DNA of 64,000 nucleotides from Oculina patagonica (Eukaryota): NCBI RefSeq assembly GCF_052425735.1, contig NC_135759.1, positions 36,642,001 to 36,706,000 of the forward strand, read 5' to 3'. Shown piece by piece: positions 48,250 to 60,286 of this stretch (position 1 is its first letter; each line of letters starts with the position of its first letter). The notes under the pieces were generated by a model. It saw only the letters and a program-made list of their open reading frames with translations, ran no database searches and was not told where the DNA came from. The position numbers and the translations under genes were made by a program.

Positions 48250-51200
48250 TTAATGAATACCGGCGGCTTTTCCACTCAACACTTTAACGGGTTCAAGGAC
48301 GTTGTCAAAAATCTTTTTTCCCACTTTTGCGGCTGGTTCATAACGGGCCACAACTACGAAGCAGATTCTTCCGTCTGTAATGAAAACAAAATCAAAAGTT
48401 ACAAGCCAAATCCCTTATCATCAGTGTATATGCAGCAAACACATAAACCATACTGTTAGTCAATCTTATAGATTTAGGTTGAAGATAAACGCCAACACTC
48501 TTGGCACTCTTTCAAGCCCGATGGCCTATCATTGTCGATGTTTTCTCCGGTTTCGAAACCGGACGTCAGAATTCTGACCTCATCTTGTTCAAGAACACAA
48601 CTTAAAACGAGACAACTGGTCACTCCTGATCTCGGAATCGGAATTCAGTCTCCATCTAGTGTCCAATGCACTAATTTATAAACATTAGGCCACCGTGACC
48701 CTTCTTCTGTTTACCCTGAGAAGTAACTTATTAGTTACTGTTAGGGCCTCCACGAACTAGAAATTTTGTGGTCGACAATTATTTGTTGTCGAAAATTAAA
48801 TGTTATCGACAACTAAAAAACGTAGTGTGTGAGGTGAGTTGTCGACAAGTGAACGCTATATTTAAAGTTGTCGACAGCTAGGCAGTTTTCTTTTTTCGAA
48901 AAGGGAAATTGCTTAGTCGGCAGTGTCAACAACTAAACGTTTTCGAGACCTACGGTTTTTAACCGTACTTCCCGTGTGTGGGAATGTTGGCCCCAGTTGT
49001 CGACAACTATTGTAACTGCATTTCCAGTGGTTAGTGGTTTGAGTATGCGTAGTGAATGTTAGTTCTGAAGCTCTCGCTGGCCTGACTCAGTTATTGACAA
49101 CTAACACTCCAATGAGTGGAATGTTTACATCGGACAGAATCAGTCGTGCCAGCTGAGTACCAACAAAAAGATATCATTCACCGAGGGAACAGATCAAACG
49201 TCGCCGACGGAGCAAAACACTATCGACCGAGCAAGAATCGACACACTCTTCAACCAGTATCAAGAGCGCATCGGAGACAAGATGCGTGAACCAAAACCAC
49301 CATCAACATGCGTTGTGACAAACCAATGTGACGGATGCAGAATGTCGGCAACCAGCCGGCCACACCAACGATGATGAACATAGGTTCTCCGCAACGGGAG
49401 TAAAGAACGATCACGGCCAAACATCGGCGACCACCAGTTTTCCGCCAAGATGCAGCGGAACTGACGAACGAAATTTTTTATTAGAAAGAAAAACCTAGCC
49501 TGAACACGCAACGGACACCGCGCGAACATTTGTTTAAAACAAATGTTTGAAACATCACACCTCAACCGCATATATAACACTGGAACGTTTTTATTTTCAG
49601 AAATGATGTCAGGATGACATCGAAACGTTGTGTCACTGCCGCTTATTTTTATTGTCAAATGTTTATCAAAATTTAGTCTTATTCGACAACATTCAGTTTT
49701 TGATAACAAAATACTGAACTAGTCTGTGGAGGCCCTTAGTAAAGCACATTTGTCGTTAATTTTCGCGCTATGCAGAAGTTTACTGCGCTCGTGCAAGCTT
49801 ACGAAGTGGCCTTTTCCTTGCCTTGATATGATTGTTAAAAATAACTGCAATCGGGCCTAGAAGAGAGTCATTGCTTTTTCTGTTGTGTTCTTGTATAGAT
49901 CTCCTGCTTAATATACCTGTGAAGAAACTAACTTTACGACAACTTACTTTTATCGATAAACTGAGATCGTCCAAAGCCAACTTTAGTGGTACTCTTCCAA
50001 ACCATCTGAGTAAATCGTTCTGTTGCTGGTGTAAACGATTTGGTTTTCCAATCAAACTTCTTATTCTCGTCGTACCATAGATTTGTGGCTCGAGCCCCAG
50101 TAAGAGGAGAGCCTACACGAACAACAGGAAACAAAATAGTTAGGAGTTTAACATCTGATGTTCAAATTCCATGAATAGCTTGAGGTGGCTGGTAATGGTT
50201 TATAACGCTTGCACTTTGATGGACTGATACTATACCATCCAACAGAGGTTAATTATTTGACCCTCCATCATGACTTTCCGGTTACAAGAAGCTGTTTGTT
50301 ATCATATATATATAGCCTTGGCTCCTAAGTGAAGCATAGCTCATCCACAGTTTTCTTCCACTGTTCTCTGTCTTGGGCTTGTTTGTTATCATGCTGGTCA
50401 ATAATTTTTATCCTATGTTTTCCCTTCAAAACCGGTTTTGACTTGACGACAAACTTGCCTTCGAACCGACGAACCAGTTCCCGAACCTCGGTTTCACGGT
50501 ACCGCTTTGAGACTCCCTTGACGACTCCCGATTGGACAATACGTGAACAAAGATTGCGCGTTACTAAGATACGGGGCTCCTGAATATTAAGTACCCGACC
50601 TGACTTGGGTCCTCTGAATTACACATTTTCATCGCTGCGATGTCGTCATGCGGTAACCTTTTATGGTCAAAAAGATGATTATTTCTTGCGCGAGGAAATA
50701 AATACAAAACACTTTTAACCAAAGAAATTTCGAATTCAGTGATACCTGTTGTCTGAAATTGATCTGACGACTAGTCAAAAGCATTGTTTCTAAAGAAATA
50801 ACACAGTTGTATACGCTATCTAACTCCCTCTTAAAACAGTAAGGGATAACATTTTACCTTTATAAGAGCATCGGAGGGCGATGTTTTCTCCATGACCTAC
50901 TCTCTTTTTAAGAACAGTATGTGACGTATTTTTCTGTTTTGCCAATTCCATTGCAAATTTCTGAGCCTCTGTGTTTAGATTCTGATCTTCAGTCAGCGGT
51001 GGTACTCCATGGAGAAGGCGCTTCTTGTTGTGCTCAAAAAGAAATTGCTGCCTGAACCTACTCAATGGTGATCCTAATGGAAACAAGATAGTAGTCTAAG
51101 TCTTTTCAAATTGGGGCCGTTTATTAACAACACGCATTTATAGTGGGATACTTATTGGAAGGGTGGCATTTTGAAGGAGGGCGCTAAATCGAATATTTAT

Positions 51201-54200
51201 GGAAATTGCTTTACTTATTATTAAGTGGAATGAACAGGCGCAAGTATGGATGCATTAAGCTTGCCATAGAACTAGTACTAGGCCAGCTAAATGATCCATC
51301 ATAGTTATGTCGGGGATTACAGCACTACAGGTCTAGCCATAAAGGCTTCGCTCGCTGGGGTTTGAGTTGTCTAGTTCATATGGAAAGCCACTTACATTAA
51401 TTTCTTCTCAACCGTTCACTGCCTCGACTGAGAAAATAAAGAGGCTTTAAACAGCTTTTTTGTGTGTTGATGCATATCCAGCAGGACTTCAGCTCACAAT
51501 ATACTTTTTGATGACAAACCTACCAGGTACTGTTGTCTTCATGTTGGATCGCACATTGTGTAGCACACGTCTTTTAGGAACAAGAAGAAAAGAAGGAACA
51601 ACGCCATAGTTCTTTGCAGGCTGTTGAGGTACGTTAGGGCTATTGCGCTGTGGAGCAGTCGCCGCCTGGAAATCCCCTTGATTGATTCCTCCCTGTAAAC
51701 CAATGGATGAAACTGGAGTAGGACTTGGGTTGAGATTGTCATTCGGGGCCACGAGCTTTACTTCATGAGCCACATACTCTCCGGGATTGGCCTTAACTGC
51801 TGGTGGAGACGTTGGTTCAGGAATGGCAGTGACAGCTTGTGAATGTTCGGGCTTCCTTTCTACAACAACAAAACAACAACAAATGTACATGGTTTGTAAG
51901 GGAACATCACTGATAACATTTAACGAAAATAAAATAAATGACCTGATTTATTGAAGTGATAATGTATTTAGTACTGCTGCACATGGAGATGCATTGTCAA
52001 AATATAATGCAAATGAACACAAGCTACCGCGACGAATCCAGCAAGTGGCAGCTGGTGGAAAAATTGAACTAGGGACTTCCGGATTTCAAATGCAGCCCTC
52101 TAAACTGAACCACTCGCCCACGTAGCTTCCTACTTAAATCTAAATCGAATAAGAATATAAACCCTGAAAATGACTTAGTGAAACAATCGGATTTTTTCTT
52201 CTTCGTTTTTTAACTTCCATAAACGGTCTGGTATAAATATTTTTCTGAATGTTTCTCTGAAGGCTGCTACGCTGTGATACGATGGACACAGTTGGAAATA
52301 AATATATGTTATTTGCCGGCTGGGAGGTCCGTATAGTGAAAAACTGTGACCAAGGCCGAGGTCACAGTTTTTCACTATACGGACCGACCCTAAGCCGGTA
52401 AATAACTTATTTATTTTTTTCCTACTTTAATGTGTTTGATTAAAAAACACCTAAAAAACCTACAAAGACTTTCTTGCCAAATGTGTTTGTATTTATATAC
52501 GCGAGCATCCAATGTTGAGTCGATCGCCATAAGCTACGGCAAGAGTAAATAATGATCTGTTTGCTATAAGAGCTTACTGCCAAACAAAATAAATTCACTT
52601 TAATGAACAGTACTCAAGGAAAATTTCATCTCAAAAAAAAAAAAAAAGCATCTGAAATAATAGAAAAGCACAATGTAGAACAGAGCAATCAGCGAGTTGC
52701 GAAACACTTTTAACTTCATTTCGGCTTGTGAGTTCTTTAGTTAATTAAACTTACTTTTCGGACTGGAGAGCACTTAGCTATTTACATTTGTATTTAACGA
52801 GTCAAAAACCTCTGTGTTGATTCCCACAGTATTCTGTTTTGACAAAAAGTTTGCGAAAGTGAAACTGAATGAAGCTGAAATGTGTAGTTTGGTCGCCTGC
52901 ACAGTGGCGGCACAATATTGCGAGAATTAATTTGACTGTTTTTTAATAAAGCATCTCATTTTCTTGAATGGCGATAAGCAGTATTCGGTTTTGGAGAAAA
53001 GTAGCAGAGAAGCAAGGTGTTTGAAAGGATAAATCGAGTCTGTAAACCGGCGACTTGCAGTTAACCGCAATGGCGTGAAAATCAGTGCGAATGCACAAAC
53101 AACGATCGGCAAACCACGGCCATAACTTCATTTTGTCACTAAAGAGAATAAATACTCGCCTTTTGGAGAACTTCAAGGCCTTTAATTCCACTGCTAATTT
53201 TCCCTTTCAAATTTACAACGGTTGGTGAGCAACTACATCGATTTAAATCATTTTGGAGAGCAAAACTGTCATGGGTTCGTTCGTCTCGCCGCGAAATGAA
53301 ACTCACGAAAGCGTTACCGTGGCCATTGGGCAGAGATAGGAGAATCTTGCCCGCGCTAATAACCAATCAGATTGCAGGATTCGTTACCGTGCCCTCTTGG
53401 AAAAAAATAAAGAACCTTATTTTTTTCTCAGCGCGCGAGCGGGCAAGATGAACCGAATCCTGCAATCTGATTGGTTCCGGGAGCGGGCGGAATTTTCCGA
53501 TCTTGACCGCGGTAAACGGAACGGGATGCATCACCGCGCGAAATCAGTTTACAGCGCGAGTCGAACGAACACATGAAAGTTTTGCTCTCCAAAATCGAAA
53601 TAGCTGTTCACCAGCCGTTGTAAATTTGAAAGGACTAAAAAGCAGTGGAATTAAAGGCCTCAAAGTTCTTCGAAAGGCGAGTATTTTATTTTATTTCTCA
53701 ACAAAATTGAGTTGTAGTTTACCGTTCGTAGTTTGCCATTGTTTGTGCATGCATTTCGCTATGATTTTCACGCCATTGCAGTAAACTTCACCGGTTTTTA
53801 GACTTCCTCTAAGAGTTAAACTGCCTTGTTTATCCGTCACTTTTCGCTAAAAACAGAGCACTATTTGCCATCATTCAATTAAATGAGATTCTTTGATTAA
53901 AAACGGACAAATTAATTATCCCAAAATTGTGCCGTACGTAGACACTACGCATTTCATTCAGTTTGGCACTGTTTATCAGAATAAAATTCTGCTAGGAATC
54001 ATTGCAGAGATTATTAATTTGTTCAATACAAGTGTGAATAGCTTGTAAAACTGCTTTTCAGTCAAAGAGTATTTTTGAGTCAAAAGAAATAGGATTAACA
54101 CCCTACGAGCAAAGTTTCTTTCAAGACTTTTCAAAACATTTATCGGCAATTGTTCGGGAAGCCGAAATCGATTTAATTGTGTTAAGTTTTGTGGCTTATG

Positions 54201-57200
54201 TGTGCTATATTTATGATTTTTTTGCTTTTCTTGATTCTCTGTAGTGTAAATTAAATATGCTGAACCGTTCTTGAGTATGGTTCATTTTAAACGAAGCTAT
54301 TTTATTCCGAAATAAATAGCAAACAGAATTCTTCACTCCTTGCTCGTCGATCGAGTCGGACTCAACATTGAAGTCAAATTCGCGCGTATACAAACAAAGA
54401 TTTTGCGACGCATTTTTTCTCGGTTTCTTTTCCAAACAAATTGAAGTAGGAAAAAAATAAAAACGTTATTTGCCGGCCTAGGTCGGTCCGTATTGGGAAA
54501 AACTGTACCCTCGGTCTTGACCACGGCCCTCGGCCTGCGGCCTCGGGCCGTACTCAAGACCTCGGGCACAGTTTTTCCCAATACGGACCTACCGGCCGGC
54601 AAATAACATATATGTATGGAACACCGAATGTGAAAGAACTGACAAGAACTCCACAATAGACCAGCAGATATATAATTCTTTGTCTCTGATTTGTTACATA
54701 GTTACCTCCATCCATAAGAAGCCTTAGGTTAAGCACCAAGTTGACTGCTGGCGGTGGCTCTTTATTTTGCTCGGTGACAGGAAACAGGTATGTACCCTCA
54801 GGTGCCTCTTGAGCAATGGCAGCCGGCGCAGCTGACTGTTCGTGTGTACCATAGCCTTTGGGAAGTGGAACATGGATGGTAACTGAAAAAGAGAATACAT
54901 GTCAATGAAAGATTAGCCTCATATCAATCATCTCTGGACGAATGCTCAACGAAAAAGTATTTTGCCTATACCGTGTAATCCTTTTTAAGAGATCCAGATC
55001 TCATTCCCTCCCCCACCACGGTCCCAAAGAATAATCAACAATACGCAATTCCCTCTATAATATTTACCTGTAGGGAGTCATGGTAGTTGTATTCAACAAA
55101 ACATGTCTTAAACGTGATAAGTAATGGCAGTGAAAGACTTGATCATCTTAACAGAAACTAAAATATTTACTGAAAGGCAAATTCTCTAAAGTAAAATTCA
55201 TTAGGAGATCAATTGGGAGAAGTTTGATGCTGATTCAAGACAACATGGAGGGGAACAGCGGAAGAGAGGAGAGGGAGGAAGGGAATGGGTTCGATCGAAG
55301 GGCTGGAGTTGCGTGTGCACCGTAAGGGCCCACAGAAACTGGTAGGCGACAGAATGTAGAAGTCTAAAATATGTGCCTCTTGGCACAGAGGATAGATGAA
55401 GGTAAGGATTGGAGGATAAAACGTTAACTGAATAAAGTTTTTCTTACTTGGAGCTGTGTTGATAGTTTGCGTTCTTGCTCCCTTGAGATCAACAACGGGT
55501 TGAGGGGCAACACTCCTTCGTTCTAGTACTGTATTAATATAAAATAGTATAATTTATGAGTTTTTAAAGGTAAAAAATCTTGAATATTAGAACAAAAAAG
55601 CACCTAATGTATTCGACAAGTAAGTGTTTATAACATCGTCTAAATGAAGCTTGACGTTGACCTACTTGTTGAAAATGTTTTGCTTCATTGTACAATTTCA
55701 CCTTTTTGTCCTTAAAAGCTATGAAATAGGATTCTCGTACATACAGTGATACCTAATCATGCTCAGGCTAATCAACTAATCAAACAGGCTCAGAATGTGT
55801 TGAAAACCGGCGAACTCTTAGGAAACCTTATATCCTAACGAAGTAACAATACTTCAAGTTGCTCAACAATTAAATATTGAAAGACCGAAAGAACGTGAAA
55901 GAAGGTAAAAAAAAAATAAATTAGTGCAGAAATACGCGCCTAACTGCAGTTTTCCATATTTTCAGATCGAGGCTAAAAGAGGTGGAAAGTTGTAGTTCCT
56001 CTCTACCTCTTTTTTCACATTTCGCGTTCGTTTAAGGTGGCTCGTAATAGTTTCGTCAGAATTAGACATGCCCGTCTTTGGTATTCTATCACAGTACAGC
56101 TATACCAATAACGTTAAGGAAAACCTTTTAGCATGAACGTTAACAACATTTACCAATGAACAATTTGAGGTCATAGTGACGTCAAAATCTGTTTCCATTG
56201 CAACGTCATATGAGGTTAAAGATACACTATTTTGGACCTTTCGAGGCTAATAACTCAAAAACTACTCGGTGAAAGTTCTTCTTGTTTACATATTTTTATC
56301 CAACTGAAAAAAATATACATTTTTGCAAATTTTTAAAGAAATCTGTCAAAAGGATTCGGAGCTACGTTATTTTTGCATAAATTTAAGGTGGCTCTGAACA
56401 TTTCTGACAGAATTTTTTAAAACATTGTCAGATTGTTTCTTTTGTCCTTTAGACAAAAATATATGAAAAACAAAAACTTTTACCTTCTAGTTTTAGAGTT
56501 ATTAGCCTCAAATGGTCAAAAATAAGGTATCTTTGACCACTTTTGTAGTTGCCATGACAACGAATTTTGACGTCACAGTGACTCCAATTTGTTTAATAGT
56601 AAAACCTTCACAAGGATGTTCTAAAAGTTAAACCTCAACATTACAGGTGTAGCAGCAATAGAATGCCAAAGACAGGCATATCTAAACTACTACGAGCCAC
56701 CTTAAAGTAAAATACCATATTCATTTCATTTTTGCGTCTACCACGCAGGTTTCAAGCCTGATCATGACGGCTTCTGGGTCCGACGTTCGTCTTTTGTTTC
56801 TTTAATACTATGTGACTCCTAGCATCACTAATACTACTAGCCAGATTGCAGGTTACCTCGTAAATATTTGCCCGAGATATTTGCCGTCACCAATGATATC
56901 CTGTGAAAGTAAAGTGCCCTGCCCAACAACGAAAGACCGAGGATAGCTTACAGACTTTAACACTCGATATCTGAATCGAAACTTTAGCGAGCTAACCCGG
57001 CATTAGCCAAACACACGTTCCTCTCCCTTATTTCATTATGCCTAGAAACCAATGAAGCGCCTAAAGGAAAATGGTGTAACATTATTTTTCAGTGTAATGG
57101 TTGCTCTTTCCTTGGGAGTGTGAAAGTAAATTTGTTAATGTTTACATTTCTCGCCTGAGCAATTTATCATATGGTTTAATTTTTCTCGATAAATTCAAAC

Positions 57201-57433
57201 CAGACAACAAAGGCATGTTAGGTTTAGGTTTGATGACCAATTTGAAAACACAAATTTTAAGATATCGAGTAATTTCTAGTTTTTATTTTCTGATATATTC
57301 CATCAACGTACGTTTTTACATGTTACACTTACTTGCATGGATTCACGTGTATAAACCAAGGATGAAAACAAAGCTTACCTGCTGTGGTCAAAACCGAGCG
57401 AGTAATCAGAAAAATCCAAAACAAGAGTTCCAT
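48250..57433 (-). CDS. Secreted CAP/SCP-domain protein (GAPR-1/GLIPR2-like C-terminal domain), 7 exons, about 384 aa
   Basis: Exons 57433-57379, 55528-55448, 54882-54706, 51859-51524, 51073-50858, 50112-49948 and 48374-48250. All introns are GT-AG and phase 1, and the joined frame is open. Signal peptide MELLFWIFLITRSVLTTA. CAP motifs EHNKKRLLHGVPPL, GENIA, WYDE, FTQMVWKST, VVARYEP. AATAAA near 48045. Confidence 0.88.
48744..49735. mobile_element. PIF/Harbinger-type non-autonomous element in CAP intron 6
   Basis: TTA|GGGCCTCCACGAACTAG ... CTAGTCTGTGGAGGCCC|TTA, with many subterminal GTTGTCGACAAC-like motifs. Confidence 0.85.
52296..53410 (-). mobile_element. Hairpin-ended non-autonomous element (Crypton- or Helentron-like), copy A
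   Basis: Hairpin at 52308-52406. TTATTTTTTTCC at 52411 pairs with GGAAAAAAATAA at 53399. Homologous to 53417-54612 in inverted orientation. Confidence 0.75.
53417..54612 (+). mobile_element. Hairpin-ended non-autonomous element, copy B
   Basis: TTATTTTTTTCT start, GGAAAAAAATAA at 54449, hairpin 54465-54607 with CTCGGCCTGCGGCCTCG apex. Confidence 0.75.
56036..56701. mobile_element. Kolobok-like palindromic non-autonomous transposon in CAP intron 1
   Basis: TTAA|GGTGGCTCGTAATAGTTT ... AAACTACTACGAGCCACC|TTAA. The arms are imperfectly inverted over most of the length. Confidence 0.85.
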
Positions 57434-58737
57434 TACTCGTTACTCATTAGCAACCAGAAAAGGCAGAGGCTAACCACGGTTAAGGACGACAAACAAAAAA
57501 GATCGAAAACTTGACTAACGACAAGTGAACACACTCGTGTTTTTAACTTAGAAGGATGTTAGATCGACGGTAATGTAAGAGCGAAGTAAGCAGATCTTTG
57601 GCTATGGCTCCTGTTGCGCCGCCACCAGAATGGAAAGTACTTCGGCGGGTGAAACTGTGTTCTATAATTACGACCTCAAACAAAAGCGCCACCTGTAAAT
57701 GGACTAACTGAAACTGAGCACCGAACAGAACATGTGACCTGTGAACTCTCGGCTACCAGTAATCCCTCATTTTTCGATCTCAGGGTCAATCGAGTGGGCG
57801 CGCACGCGAGTGAGCAAGAAAGTTGCATCGAACAAAGAGACGCGACGCGCGAGAACGAGCCCGTGCAAAGTGATTTTGTGACGGCATGCACGTTTCGACC
57901 ACTCGACCCTATAAAAATCGGGGACTGCTCGTAGTCTAGGTGAACTGCAGCAGTATCGCCTTTTCACTGATTTAGTTTGTGGCAAAATATAACAGGAGGC
58001 AGGTCTTGGGAATAAAGGAACTGGTCATTCAAGAGAGATGTTTTCATTGCCATTAAATTATCCCAAGGTATTTCCAGATTTACCACTAAATGTTTTTTTA
58101 AATTTGCCATGAAATTATCCCAAGAAAAAAAAATAAAAAGTAAATTCTCTTTTGGTTCTGTTATAATTTAAGATCTTGAGGTCAAAACTTGAGGTTAACT
58201 ATGTTTCTTGCAGCATATGGGTGGGATGTGAGATAAGTCCATCGAAGATTATCCCAATTGCAAGGTTGTCATAACAATTTGTGGTATCCATTTACATAAC
58301 TTGGTGAGACAGGGGCACTGTAAAAATAAAGTACCTTAGTTGCCCTAAAACAAGAAAGCAGCCTTTTCTTAGGCTTGTCTGCCAGCAGGCTTTCTGCGGG
58401 AAAAAAAGAAAGAATAAAGGGAAAGAAGGCTAACTAAGGCTCTTGAAAGCGCAAACTTTCCGATCCAGAATCCAACTTCCCTAACAGAAAACCACCATGC
58501 CACCCTCTACATTTGTGTTGGACATAATTATTTATTCTGCTCAATGTTTTGGCACATTTTATTAGCGGTAGCTTTATGCTCGTACTGTTAATTCATTTTA
58601 ATAAGGTAGCTAATAATTCTGAAAAATGTCCCATAAAATAGAAATGAGATCCGTACTTCAAAACTAATTTATTTACGATCTAGAATGTGGATGGAATATC
58701 AAAGTTAACTGAAACAGTGAAGTGGTTCTAATATTTG

Positions 58738-58776
<39 letters not shown>

Positions 58777-58800
58777 TTCATTTATTTATTTATTCATTAT
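58738..58800. repeat. (TTTA)n microsatellite
   Basis: Directly visible. Confidence 0.95.
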
Positions 58801-59168
58801 TCCAACGGAGCACAGCGTCCTCTTCCTTTACGATGACCGGCACTAAAACGTTGATGGATTGATACTACCATTATTTTTCATGCTACTAGAAGTGGTATCA
58901 AACAAATGCAATTATTGGTGAAAAATTGTTCAACGAATAATGATAACCACGTCAATATACAACGTTTTGAAAAGTTTAATTCATTTTTCATTGACATTAA
59001 AATGGAGTCAGTGAGCTCGTTTTTGCGTTACAAGCACTTAAGTCTAGGATAAGGGTTGATTTGACAGGCTATATTGTTATCATGGTAACTGGTTATGTCA
59101 AAAAGATGACTGCACCTTGTTCCCCAATGATTGGGTATTTGCATGATACCAGTCTTGCAGCGTCAAGT

Positions 59169-59452
59169 TAGAGCAGTTTTCAATTGAGTGTCTAAAACCA
59201 AAACCAAAGTAATTACTCTGGCCAATCACAAAGAACACAGACAATCCAGTGAACCAATCAAAACTCGAAGCAAATACATGTAGCTAGCACGAAGCGCGGG
59301 AAAACGTGCGGGACCTAGTCATGATTGGTTTTGGTTTTACTCCTGATTGGCTAAGAAAGTGGCGCGAGATTTTTAAGCCAATCACTAAGCGTAGTAATGC
59401 AAAACCAAAGCAAACGCAATTTACTTTCGACACTCAAGTGAAAACCGCTCTA
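59169..59452. mobile_element. CCAAT-rich MITE, copy 2
   Basis: TAGAGCAGTTTTCA ... TGAAAACCGCTCTA, the reverse-complement homologue of 37369-37656. Confidence 0.85.
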
Positions 59453-60286
59453 TAAACAATGGTTATATTGATCGATCAAAGTATTAGAGTTCGAAAGAGC
59501 TGGAAACCATACGTTATATAGAATGTATAACCACAAGTAAGGAGAATTTCAGAATTTGTGAATGAAAGAAGAAAATATAGGAAACCTAGGTTTCATTGAT
59601 CAAACCAGGTTTGCAAACACGACAAAAATTTATAACATACTTTTATGTTTATTTGCCCGAGGAAAAATGCTTTCTTTTATAATGTTTATCACCCCTGTTA
59701 TTGAGCAAAAAATCACAAATACACTTCTTTACAGTTCCGAAAGTAACCACCTTCCGAAAGAAGGCAACTTGAATTATGAAAATTATGGGGTTTTTGACCC
59801 AGGCTGTACCAAAATGATGCAAGAAATTCGTTATAGATTACCCTTATTCTTTAGGCAATATATCTTACTTTGGTTTGATGAAATATCGATTTTTTTCAAC
59901 AGGATTTATGTTCAACATCTCTTTATATATTATTACGCAGTGAGGTAAAGAGGCCCACATAATAATAATAAAATAATTATGACAAACATGTTAGGTACCA
60001 GAAAGTAGAGATCCCCCGAAAGTTGCGACCCACTAAATTGCTAGAAAAAAGAATGCTTAATCGGGAAGTTGCGAGGGTCTTTTGCAGACCGCACACATGC
60101 AATGTCATCAAGTAGAATGATTTCGATGCCTATTCAGAGCTGCTACCTTTTACAACTTTGACAAAGATCGAAATACGGCCAGCCTCAGTGGCACAAAACC
60201 GTCTAATAGAACCCTTTGTCAGGTCAGGAATTCCATCGGCAAAATTCATGATCATCTAGCCCATTGATGATGTAAATTACAGCTAT

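Noticed and set aside
53139-53784. Two similar short ORFs on opposite strands suggesting a gene pair
   Set aside because: They reflect the inverted repeat elements, have non-ATG starts, and the frames are not conserved beyond a short block.
56857-56900. Candidate extra CAP exon with AG/GT borders
   Set aside because: 44 nt long, breaks the frame and has an in-frame TGA.
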